64,000 nt of DNA from an uncultured Candidatus Actinomarina sp. (GTDB lineage: Bacteria; Actinomycetota; Acidimicrobiia; Actinomarinales; Actinomarinaceae), in assembly GCA_902535055.1 (NCBI GenBank), contig CACASI010000004.1, positions 34,154 to 98,153 of the forward strand, read 5' to 3'. How positions within the stretch are numbered: position 1 is the first letter of the stretch; each line of letters opens with the position of its first letter. Below, piece by piece: positions 18,993 through 27,407 of the stretch. Under the pieces are notes generated by a model, which was not told where the DNA came from, searched no databases, and saw only the letters and a list, made by a program, of their open reading frames with translations. Position numbers and translations under genes: made by a program.

Positions 18993-21584
18993 TTGAAACT
19001 ATTAACGAATTTCTTTTCATCAGCGGCTACTAAATTTCCTATCATTACGATAATTGTCATTCTTGGGATCACTGGTTTTTTTGGATATATGACCACTCAA
19101 GCAGAGGAATTAGACACTGGTTTTGGTGGTGAAATTGATACACCTGAAATAGAAGCTCAAGGTAAGCTTTCTGATTATTTTGGAGGATCTGGTACTCAAA
19201 GTGTTTTACAACTTGTTTTTGAGGGAGAGGATGTCCTTACTGTTGAAGGCTATGAAACTTATATAGCAGCAGTTGAAGTTATAAAAAGCAGTGAATTGTT
19301 TCAATACTTAGTTAATGATCCAAACCAAGGCTTAGTTCAGGGTTTTTTTGCACCGATAGATGTAGCTAAAGCCTTTAATCCAATGTTAAATGTAAGCAGT
19401 TTGACTGATGAGCAATTCAAGCAACTATATAAAACTACATCAGCACAAATGCCTCCAGAGTTTCAACAATTTGCTTCAGCATTACTTTCAAGTTCATATG
19501 ATGAAGAAGCAGTAACAGCTACTGCAGGTCTTGGGATAATAACTATTAACTCAGCAATTATTCAAGGTGAATATGGATTTGAGGGAGCTTTTGAAGTTCA
19601 ACCAAGACTGGAAAATGAATTAAATAAAGAATTACTTGAGCTAAGCGATGACTTTGAAAATATTGATATTGCTGGATTTTCTTTAGCATTGCTATTTGGA
19701 GATGAACAAGATGACTTTTTAGAAGAAGTAGCCCAGCTTTTTGGAGCAGCCTTTGGTATTATCTTTTTAGTTCTTGCATTTATTTTCTTTATAAAACCAA
19801 CAAAAACGTTTGGGTTTTTTAAATCTACTAGAAGGACATTTGCAGATATATTCAATAGTTTGGCTGCAATAATGCTTGCTATATTATGGATGCAGGGGAT
19901 TGGAGTTGTACTCGGCCCAGGCTATTTAGATATTATTGGGGCACCAAATCAACTTTCACAAATTTCAACAATTATCATCCTCGGTTTAGGTGTAGACTAT
20001 GCAATTCACTTTACAGGAAGGTATAGAGAAGAATTAGGTTTAAAAAACTCAGTAAATACATCTGCTTCTAAAACATTAAGTTCTGTTGGAATTGCCTTAA
20101 CGCTTGCAACTTTAGGTACAATGGTTGGATTTTTGACAAATATAGTTTCACCACTAACACAACTTCAAGATTTTGGAATCACAACTGCATTGGGCATTTT
20201 TTATGCATTTATTTTGGTAATGACTCTTGTTCCTGCCATCAGAACGCTACTTGATAAGCGATCAGAAAGAAAAAACACAATTGATACCGATGCATTTGCA
20301 TCTTCTGGAGAAAAACTATTCAATAAATTGTCAGAAGCGACTTCAATAATACCGAAACGAATCAAGATTATTGCAGTTGCTTTAATTTTAGGAATTGGTG
20401 GATATGGATACTATAGTTTTACGAACATATCAACCGTCTTCAATTTTACCGATTTCCTACCCTCAGATAGTCCAACGGTTAAAACTTTTAATACTTTACA
20501 AGATGAATTCGGCGGTGGATTTGGAGAAACCACAAGTGTGTTAATTGAATCAGACAATGTTGCCACACCCGAAATTCATAATGCTTTAATTGACTCATTA
20601 AGTAATCTATCAGATGTTGAAAATGTACTTGTTTTTGCTGGAAATGCAGCGGCTGAATCAGTTGTAGGTTCTCTTGGAGCTATGTTGGTACCACCTTCAG
20701 CAAATCCTCAAGCACCTCCACCAATGCCTGATATGGCATTAATTGGTCAATTAGGAGCTTATGGGGTTCAAATTATGGGTGCACAAGGATTAGATGCATT
20801 AAAAGTTAGTGATGATGGTGATGTAGAAGGTTTATATACATATTTACTTGAAACAGACCAAGACACGTTTAATACAAGCTTATACATAAATGAAAATGAT
20901 TTAATCTCTGCTATGCAAGTTAGAATTACAACCTCCGCAGGAACATCTGGAGCTGCTCAAATAAGAGACGATTTATATACAGCTTTTGAACCATTATCAG
21001 AATTAGGTATATTTGTTGGCGTGACTTCTGATAATATCGTTACAGAAAGTATCAATGAATTAATAAATTCTTCTCAATTCCAGTCATTAGTATTTGCAAT
21101 CTTGGCTTCAATGGCATTTCTTGTTTTATATTATTTGATTGATATGAGAAGACCTTTCCTAGGTGTGATAACAGTACTTCCGGTAGCAGCAATTGTACTT
21201 GGAACTTATATGGGTATGTATTTATTAGACATACCTCTTAACCCAGTAACCTCTACACTATCAGGATTGGCAATTGGTATAGGTGTACCATTTGTTATCC
21301 ACGTTACAAATAGATTCAGAGAAACAATATCATCTGGAATAGAACCTGTAGAAGCAATTCGTACAACTTTAAAGACTACAGGAGGTTCACTATTTGGTAG
21401 TGCTTTCACTACAATGGCAGGTTTTGGAATTCTTACAACATCCTCATTAGTTCCTTTTCAACAAATGGGAACAGTTATATTAGTTTCAATTGGCTTTGCT
21501 TTAATCGCATCATTAATGATACTTCCAACATTTTTGGTTCTTTGGGCTAATTTCCATAATAGGAAAACCGCAAAAACTTTATAA
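18993..21584 (+). CDS. MMPL/RND-superfamily membrane transporter
   Basis: 863 aa. It has two blocks of about 5-6 TM helices, each preceded by a large soluble loop (duplicated architecture). GLGVDYAIHF and GIGVPFVIHV repeat motifs are typical of MMPL/SSD proteins. TTG start. Confidence 0.8.
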   Translation: MKLLTNFFSSAATKFPIITIIVILGITGFFGYMTTQAEELDTGFGGEIDTPEIEAQGKLSDYFGGSGTQSVLQLVFEGEDVLTVEGYETYIAAVEVIKSSELFQYLVNDPNQGLVQGFFAPIDVAKAFNPMLNVSSLTDEQFKQLYKTTSAQMPPEFQQFASALLSSSYDEEAVTATAGLGIITINSAIIQGEYGFEGAFEVQPRLENELNKELLELSDDFENIDIAGFSLALLFGDEQDDFLEEVAQLFGAAFGIIFLVLAFIFFIKPTKTFGFFKSTRRTFADIFNSLAAIMLAILWMQGIGVVLGPGYLDIIGAPNQLSQISTIIILGLGVDYAIHFTGRYREELGLKNSVNTSASKTLSSVGIALTLATLGTMVGFLTNIVSPLTQLQDFGITTALGIFYAFILVMTLVPAIRTLLDKRSERKNTIDTDAFASSGEKLFNKLSEATSIIPKRIKIIAVALILGIGGYGYYSFTNISTVFNFTDFLPSDSPTVKTFNTLQDEFGGGFGETTSVLIESDNVATPEIHNALIDSLSNLSDVENVLVFAGNAAAESVVGSLGAMLVPPSANPQAPPPMPDMALIGQLGAYGVQIMGAQGLDALKVSDDGDVEGLYTYLLETDQDTFNTSLYINENDLISAMQVRITTSAGTSGAAQIRDDLYTAFEPLSELGIFVGVTSDNIVTESINELINSSQFQSLVFAILASMAFLVLYYLIDMRRPFLGVITVLPVAAIVLGTYMGMYLLDIPLNPVTSTLSGLAIGIGVPFVIHVTNRFRETISSGIEPVEAIRTTLKTTGGSLFGSAFTTMAGFGILTTSSLVPFQQMGTVILVSIGFALIASLMILPTFLVLWANFHNRKTAKTL

Positions 21585-21607
21585 AAATCGTTATTACTAT
21601 TAAATAG

Positions 21608-22378
21608 GTGAAGTTATTCGAACTACTAGATAATGTAAACAAAATTGTCCCTTTAAAATATGCTTTTGAAGATGATTCTGTTGGAATCACAATTGGCGAA
21701 AATGAATCTAATGTAAACAATATTGTCATCGGACATGAATTGGATGATTATCTTTTAGAATATTGCTCTGATAACAACATAGACACAGTTATAACATATC
21801 ACCCACCACCTTATAAAAAAATCATAGAAGAAGATGGCAGTGAGAATTTTTTACCTGATTCAATTACAACAAGTTTTCTTGATTCATCTATAAATGTAAT
21901 AACAATCCATACAGCACAAGATGTTTGTAAAGATGGGAATGCTGACACTTTAGTCGACCTATTTAATATAAAGAATCCCTCAGTTTTTGCCAAAACTGTT
22001 GGAAAATATGGGGCGGGTCGTTGTGGCACTATTGATATGATGTCTCCACTGGAACTCAAAGAATTAATTGAAAATAAACTTAATACAAAAATAATACGAA
22101 CAAATGAATATTTTGAAAATATGGATGAAATAAGTCAAATTGCAGTTTTACCAGGATCAGGAACTCAATTTATGGAGGAAATTTTAGATATAACTCAAGT
22201 GTTCATAACTGGGGATATCTCACACAGATATTTATTAAAAGCAGATGAAGAAAAGGTGGGATTAATTCAGATTGGACATATCTCATCTGAAATTCCAGGA
22301 ATGAGAAAATTTGTAGAAAAATTTAATAATTTTATGGAATTAGAAATAAATTACATATACAAAGACTTTTATGAATGA
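21608..22378 (+). CDS. Nif3-like dinuclear metal centre protein (GTP cyclohydrolase 1 type 2 homologue)
   Basis: Motifs: VITYHPPPY, TIHTAQD, GHISSE. Size is about 250 aa. It is followed by the zinc-ribbon partner gene, as in actinobacterial genomes. Confidence 0.8.
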   Translation: MKLFELLDNVNKIVPLKYAFEDDSVGITIGENESNVNNIVIGHELDDYLLEYCSDNNIDTVITYHPPPYKKIIEEDGSENFLPDSITTSFLDSSINVITIHTAQDVCKDGNADTLVDLFNIKNPSVFAKTVGKYGAGRCGTIDMMSPLELKELIENKLNTKIIRTNEYFENMDEISQIAVLPGSGTQFMEEILDITQVFITGDISHRYLLKADEEKVGLIQIGHISSEIPGMRKFVEKFNNFMELEINYIYKDFYE

Positions 22379-23078
22379 CCCATTTTTACTGAGTAATTTA
22401 ATTGACCTTCAAGAAATTGATAACAAACTCTTTAAACTTATTGAGTCTAAATCCTCAAGTGAAAATGTAAAAAAACTTAAAGATTTAGAAATTGAATTTA
22501 AGGACCTAACATCAAATATATCTCGACAAATTAATTCGTTGGAAAAATATTTTTCGATAAAAGAAAATAATGAAAAAAGTTTGAAAGAGATAAAATTAAA
22601 AATAAAAGATATTGAAATGAAACTATCAAGTGATAATTTAGATCCAACTGATACATTGAATTTTTCAAATCAAAAAGAATCTTTAATAATACAAACAAAC
22701 AAACTGAGAGAAGAAATTGACAATATTGAATCTGAAAATTTTGATGAAATTGATGTTTTAGAGAAAGATAAAGAAAATTTAGAAGAAGTAAAAACTCAAT
22801 TAGTTGTCATAGCTAAGCTTGTTAAGTCAGAATGGGATCTTATTGATCAACAAATTCCATTATTGGAGAATGAAAAATCTAAATTTATTTCGACTTTCCC
22901 CGATGAATTAAAATTTTTCTACGATAATTTAAAAAATAAAGGAGTAGAAATTATTGCCGCTTACAAAATTGGAAACCAGTGTGGATGTTGTGGTGTTGAA
23001 CTTACTACATCAGAGATTGATAAAATTCTTTCTACAAAGTTTCAACAATGTACTTACTGTGATGGAGTTTTAGTTTAA
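22371..23078 (+). CDS. Coiled-coil protein with C-terminal C4 zinc ribbon (DUF164-type)
   Basis: It has a long heptad-like Glu/Lys/Leu-rich region and a C-terminal CGCCGVEL..(x19)..CTYCDGVL. It holds the conserved position between Nif3 and RNase H. Confidence 0.7.
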   Translation: MNDPFLLSNLIDLQEIDNKLFKLIESKSSSENVKKLKDLEIEFKDLTSNISRQINSLEKYFSIKENNEKSLKEIKLKIKDIEMKLSSDNLDPTDTLNFSNQKESLIIQTNKLREEIDNIESENFDEIDVLEKDKENLEEVKTQLVVIAKLVKSEWDLIDQQIPLLENEKSKFISTFPDELKFFYDNLKNKGVEIIAAYKIGNQCGCCGVELTTSEIDKILSTKFQQCTYCDGVLV

Positions 23079-23467
23079 TGTATAAAGTGTTTTGTGATGG
23101 TGCTTCTAGATCAAATCCAGGTGAAGCAGCTATTGGCGTAAGTATCCAAGAAAACGATGATGAGATACATACTATTTCTGAGGCAATTGGTATAGCTAGT
23201 AATAATGTAGCTGAATATAAATCATTAATATTTGCATTGGAGTACTCGCTTGAAAAAAATTATTTAAATTTAGAAATCTTTCTAGATTCAAAATTGGTGG
23301 TTGAGCAAATTAATGGTAATTTCAAAGTGAAATCAAATAATCTAAAAAAATTAAATTCTGACGCACTCAATTTAATTAACAAATTTGATTCAATATTAAT
23401 TAAACACATTTATAGAGAACAAAATAAAAGAGCAGATCAATTAGCAAACATGGCATTAGATAAATAA
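23078..23467 (+). CDS. rnhA: Ribonuclease HI (stand-alone domain)
   Basis: Motifs: FCDGASRSNPG, NNVAEYKSLIFALE, DSKLVVEQING, REQNKRADQLAN (DEDD catalytic pattern). Confidence 0.85.
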   Translation: MYKVFCDGASRSNPGEAAIGVSIQENDDEIHTISEAIGIASNNVAEYKSLIFALEYSLEKNYLNLEIFLDSKLVVEQINGNFKVKSNNLKKLNSDALNLINKFDSILIKHIYREQNKRADQLANMALDK

Positions 23468-23468
23468 T

Positions 23469-23930
23469 ATGTTGTTTTGGCATGTAGGATTTTCAATATT
23501 TATTTTTAGATATGTATATAAAGATTATGAAGCTGATCTTCGTTACTTAGCTGGGGGAGCGTTATTACCCGACTTTGTAGATTTTCTTTTTAACTTATTT
23601 GGACTTAGAATTGCTTTTAATCAGCCAGGTCATACATTAATTTTTGCCATTTCTGCGATGATATTAGTAATGATTATTACTAGACGAAAAACCCAATATA
23701 GAAAAAATTTTTTATTAATTTCGATTGGAATATTTTTACATTTATTTTTAGATTTTATGTGGCTTAACCAACATATTTTATTTTTTCCATTGCCATTTGA
23801 TTCTATTGAAACCTCTTCAAGGGGCTTTTTAATTCTTCTGGTTCAGGAAATTGCAGGGTTTTCTTATTTGTATTCAAAAATTAATACTTTGGAACAAGCA
23901 GACGATTTTTTTAGAGACGGCAGAATTTAA
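23469..23930 (+). CDS. Small integral membrane protein (possibly YdjM/DUF457-like metal-dependent hydrolase)
   Basis: 153 aa with 4 predicted TM helices and conserved-looking His residues (GHTLIFAI, FLHLFLDF). The assignment is weak. Confidence 0.35.
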   Translation: MLFWHVGFSIFIFRYVYKDYEADLRYLAGGALLPDFVDFLFNLFGLRIAFNQPGHTLIFAISAMILVMIITRRKTQYRKNFLLISIGIFLHLFLDFMWLNQHILFFPLPFDSIETSSRGFLILLVQEIAGFSYLYSKINTLEQADDFFRDGRI

Positions 23931-24655
23931 TATTTCTTTAAATATAAATTCAAACTAACAATTAAAAGAAATATTGCAAAAACTGTATTTAAAACGTTCT
24001 GTGAAATTAAGAAGGCGGCATTGCCACCAATTATTGATCCAATAATTCCAAACAATCCAATATAGGTTCCCTGCTTAATAAGTTCAGGATTTCCCTTAAG
24101 TTTAGTAACTGCGGCTGTCATGGCTGTAGGGATAGTTGCTATTAGCGAAAAACCTTGTGCAACAATATTTTCTAAACCACCAAAAATTATTAATAGAGGA
24201 ATTCTTACAATTCCTCCCCCAATTCCTAAAAGTCCTGACAAAATTCCAGTAACTATTCCAATAATTATGTAAAAGAAAGGATTTTCATTAAAAGAGCTTT
24301 CAAAATTTCCATTTAAAAACATTCGAATTGAAACAATTACAAGAAGTACTGAGAATATTTTTTCTAATGATTTTGTTTTAATCATTGCAGTTAATTTACT
24401 ACCAATATAACCACCCACTATTCCACCAACTATGAGATATAGAATATTAAAAGTTAGAGTTATTCCATTCATGATATAAGTAAATCCGCTAGCTGATGCA
24501 ACAAAGATTATTGCCATTGAAGAAATGCCAGTATTTACTTTAAAATTCTTGGTTGTCATATAAGTCAAGAGTGGCACAAAGATAACACCTCCACCAACTC
24601 CTAAGAGACCAGACAGGAGACCTCCAACTAATCCAATTGTGAATAATTTGAACAA
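23927..24655 (-). CDS. TauE/SafE family anion (sulfite-type) exporter
   Basis: 242 aa and polytopic, with an internal duplication: GLLGVGGGVIFVPLL and GLLGIGGGIVRIPLL. Confidence 0.8.
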   Translation of the reverse strand: MFKLFTIGLVGGLLSGLLGVGGGVIFVPLLTYMTTKNFKVNTGISSMAIIFVASASGFTYIMNGITLTFNILYLIVGGIVGGYIGSKLTAMIKTKSLEKIFSVLLVIVSIRMFLNGNFESSFNENPFFYIIIGIVTGILSGLLGIGGGIVRIPLLIIFGGLENIVAQGFSLIATIPTAMTAAVTKLKGNPELIKQGTYIGLFGIIGSIIGGNAAFLISQNVLNTVFAIFLLIVSLNLYLKKY

Positions 24656-24658
24656 TTG

Positions 24659-25639
24659 TTATTTCTTTAATTTAGGTAATAGCTCTTTGCCAAGAAGTTC
24701 TATAGTTTTAGGTTGATCTATTGAAGAAATTTGTATAGTGACAATTTCAGACTCAAAATCGTCGACTAATGGTTTATAAATATTTATAAGCTCTTCTATA
24801 TTTCCAGCTCTTGAGAACTTAGACATTATTTCCTCACGTCCCAAAGAGTCTGCAGTTTCTCTCAGTACCATAGGATCTAGTTCTTGTAATCTATTTGGAG
24901 CTCTTAAACCTCTCCATGACTTCAATGATTCCCAGGCATCCTCATCGTTATCTGCAAACATTGTCCATCTGTATGTATGAACTCTTAAGTTAGTTTTTCC
25001 TAATTCCTCTGACTTTTGTTTTGATGGATTTATTACCTTTTCATAAGCATCTTCAGGATTTTTAACACTAATCATTAATCCATCTGCATACTCAGCCGCA
25101 AGAGTTGCAGATTTAGGTCCTCCTGCCGCTAACCAAATAGGTACCTCTTTCAAAGGTGGAGTGTATAATTTTGCAGAATTTGTACTGTAGTATTCACCTT
25201 CAAAAGTTAATTTTTCACCAGATAGAAGTCTTTTTATGATGGTAAGAGCTTCTTTCATGCGATTTGCTCTTTCCTCATATTTTGGAAATTCATAACCTAA
25301 AGGCCCTTCATTGATATTTTCACCTGTACCAACTCCTAAATGGAAAGTTGATTTAGTAAATCTATCGATAGTTGCACACGCTTGAGCTATTACTCCAGGA
25401 TGAATTCTCCATAGTGGTGTTGTAACTCCAGTCCCTAGATCCATATTTTTTAACTCTCGAGCTAGTGCTCCCAAGGTTGACCATGTGAAATTTGAAGCTG
25501 AATGGTCATCAACCCAAGGATGAAAATGTTCAGAAATCGTAACCATGTCAAAGCCGGCTTTTCTTGCTAGTTGTGCATGTTCTAACAATTCTTCAGGTTG
25601 CCATTGTTCCGAACCTAAAAAGTAGGAAAATTTAGTCAT
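24659..25639 (-). CDS. Luciferase-like (LLM class) F420-dependent oxidoreductase, G6PDH-family-like
   Basis: The N-terminus FSYFLGSEQWQPEELLEHAQLARKAGFDMVTISEHFHPW parallels F420-dependent G6P dehydrogenase-family proteins. The length of about 326 aa fits a TIM-barrel LLM. Confidence 0.7.
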   Translation of the reverse strand: MTKFSYFLGSEQWQPEELLEHAQLARKAGFDMVTISEHFHPWVDDHSASNFTWSTLGALARELKNMDLGTGVTTPLWRIHPGVIAQACATIDRFTKSTFHLGVGTGENINEGPLGYEFPKYEERANRMKEALTIIKRLLSGEKLTFEGEYYSTNSAKLYTPPLKEVPIWLAAGGPKSATLAAEYADGLMISVKNPEDAYEKVINPSKQKSEELGKTNLRVHTYRWTMFADNDEDAWESLKSWRGLRAPNRLQELDPMVLRETADSLGREEIMSKFSRAGNIEELINIYKPLVDDFESEIVTIQISSIDQPKTIELLGKELLPKLKK

Positions 25640-25699
25640 CTAAGTAGATTAATCTTATTTATTTTTTAGGTGGGTGCCTCAATGAAGAGACACCCAAGT

Positions 25700-26031
25700 T
25701 TTTGAAGCTATAAGCCGGATTCTGTTTACACAAAATGTGTAAGATAATCATCCATCTTGTATATTTGTTACCAAATATATCTAGCTACCTACCCACAATT
25801 TTTAGCCGAGCAAGCTAATTGCTTTTTGGTATTGCTCCGAGAGGGGTTTACAAGCTAATTTAATCTCTTAAATCACTGGTAGTCTCTTACACTACCTTTT
25901 CACCCTTACCTACTATGTAGGCGGTTTATTTTCTGTTGCACTTTCCGTCAATTTCTTGCCTGGGGGTTACCCAGCTCTCTGCTCTATGGAGTCCGGACTT
26001 TCCTCGATAAATCGCGATTATCCACTTCACA
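25700..26031 (-). ncRNA. rnpB: RNase P RNA, bacterial type A
   Basis: The minus strand reads GAGGAAAGTCCGGACTCCATAGAGCAG, ACAGAAAATAAACCGCC, GGTAAGGGTGAAAAGGTAGTGTAAGAGACTACC and ACAGAATCCGGCTTATAG, which are the universally conserved RNase P RNA blocks in the correct order. P1 could pair TGAAGT (26029-26024) with GCTTCA (25708-25703). The region is GC-richer than its flanks and has no ORF. Ends are approximate (+/- 10 nt). Confidence 0.9.
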
Positions 26032-26058
26032 AATTAACGATAGTATAAAAATGAATTC

Positions 26059-26556
26059 TTATGGATAATTATTTATTATTTCCTCGATATTTGATAGGTT
26101 TAAAGGGCCTATGTATTTTTTAACTATCTCCCCATTTACGACAATATGAGTTTCAGGAACGCCAAAGACTCCGGATTCGATAGCTAATTTACTACTCTCA
26201 TCAACTGCATAAATGATTTCTCCATATCCATAATTGTTAAGAAATTCAATTGAGTTTTGAATATTATCCTGAAAACTTACCATTATTACAGTGTCTTTTA
26301 AATTATTTGTCTCTGCAAGTGTTATTAGGAGTTCATGTTCTTCAATGCACTCTAGACACCAAGAGGCCCAATAATTTATGATTATGAAAGAATCATCAAC
26401 TTTTATAGACTCTTCATTAATTAAGGAGACTAAATCAAAATTGCTAATCCTAATATTATCTGAAGTTAAGTTATCATCAATAGTTGTGCAAAATGGTAAA
26501 AATATTAATAAAAAAAGAATAGGTAATTTATTTTTCATAATTTTTGAGTATCTCAA
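26059..26556 (-). CDS. ccmG: Thiol:disulfide oxidoreductase CcmG/DsbE (TlpA-like thioredoxin)
   Basis: It has a signal/anchor sequence, the motif WASWCLECIEEH (WCxxC), and FGVPETHIV. It is the last gene of the ccm operon. Confidence 0.8.
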   Translation of the reverse strand: MRYSKIMKNKLPILFLLIFLPFCTTIDDNLTSDNIRISNFDLVSLINEESIKVDDSFIIINYWASWCLECIEEHELLITLAETNNLKDTVIMVSFQDNIQNSIEFLNNYGYGEIIYAVDESSKLAIESGVFGVPETHIVVNGEIVKKYIGPLNLSNIEEIINNYP

Positions 26557-27058
26557 CTATAAAATTTCTATCTTCTTTACTCAGTTTATTTGACTGGATA
26601 ACAGAATTAAGAATTTCTAAACCTTCATTTTGTTTTGCAGGATCTTGGATGTAAATAATTCCAAGATATGATTTAGCAACCAAAGATTCTGAATTTATTC
26701 TTAATGATTCATTTAAATATGTCGTTGCGACATCCAAATTATTTGATTCATAAACCATCCAGCCAATTTGAGCTAATGCAAAACTCTTTAATTCATTATC
26801 AGCACTACTTTCAGCGATATACATGTAATGGGGCAGGGCCTGTGAGTAATCTAAATCATTAAAATATCTGTTGGCTAAAGCCATTCTCATAGGGTGAATT
26901 TCGGGATTTTGATCTATAACTGATTCCATTTCTTCATTTGTAACATTTGCTAAGTTAGTATTGAATTCATCATTAATTTCTGAACTATTTTGAAGATTAA
27001 TGAATAGTACAGCAGCAAATATTAAAAAAGAAAATAAAGAGATAATCCACTTAGTCAT
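26528..27058 (-). CDS. TPR-repeat protein, CcmI/CycH C-terminal-like
   Basis: It has an N-terminal TM helix followed by TPR-like repeats (ALANRYFNDLDYSQALPHY.., ALAQIGWMVYESNNLDVATTYLNESL..). It sits between ccmH and ccmG. Confidence 0.5.
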   Translation of the reverse strand: MTKWIISLFSFLIFAAVLFINLQNSSEINDEFNTNLANVTNEEMESVIDQNPEIHPMRMALANRYFNDLDYSQALPHYMYIAESSADNELKSFALAQIGWMVYESNNLDVATTYLNESLRINSESLVAKSYLGIIYIQDPAKQNEGLEILNSVIQSNKLSKEDRNFIVEILKNYEK

Positions 27059-27407
27059 TACTTACCTTTTTATAAAAAATATAAGCAAAAAGTGCACCAA
27101 AAAATATTGGAATTAATAATAAAAAAGGGTTTGTATCTTGTGGATTAGTATTTATTCTTTCACCAAACCGAAGAGTCCAATAGCTCATGATTTGTTCATC
27201 ACTAAGACCATTAGCTATTTGTTCCTTTAAAACACCCCTCATATCATCTGCATACTCAGAAGGGGAATCAAAAAGAGTCTCACCTTGACATACAGGGCAT
27301 AATAAACTCTTGCTCAACTTTTCGTATCGTGAATCATTATCCTCGTAAACAATAGAAGGAAGTCCTAAAAGAAACAGTAATAAAAATATAGAAACGTATT
27401 TTTTCAT
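27051..27407 (-). CDS. ccmH: Cytochrome c-type biogenesis protein CcmH
   Basis: It has a signal peptide, LLCPVCQGETLFDS (LRCxxC-type motif), and a C-terminal TM helix. Confidence 0.85.
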   Translation of the reverse strand: MKKYVSIFLLLFLLGLPSIVYEDNDSRYEKLSKSLLCPVCQGETLFDSPSEYADDMRGVLKEQIANGLSDEQIMSYWTLRFGERINTNPQDTNPFLLLIPIFFGALFAYIFYKKVSND

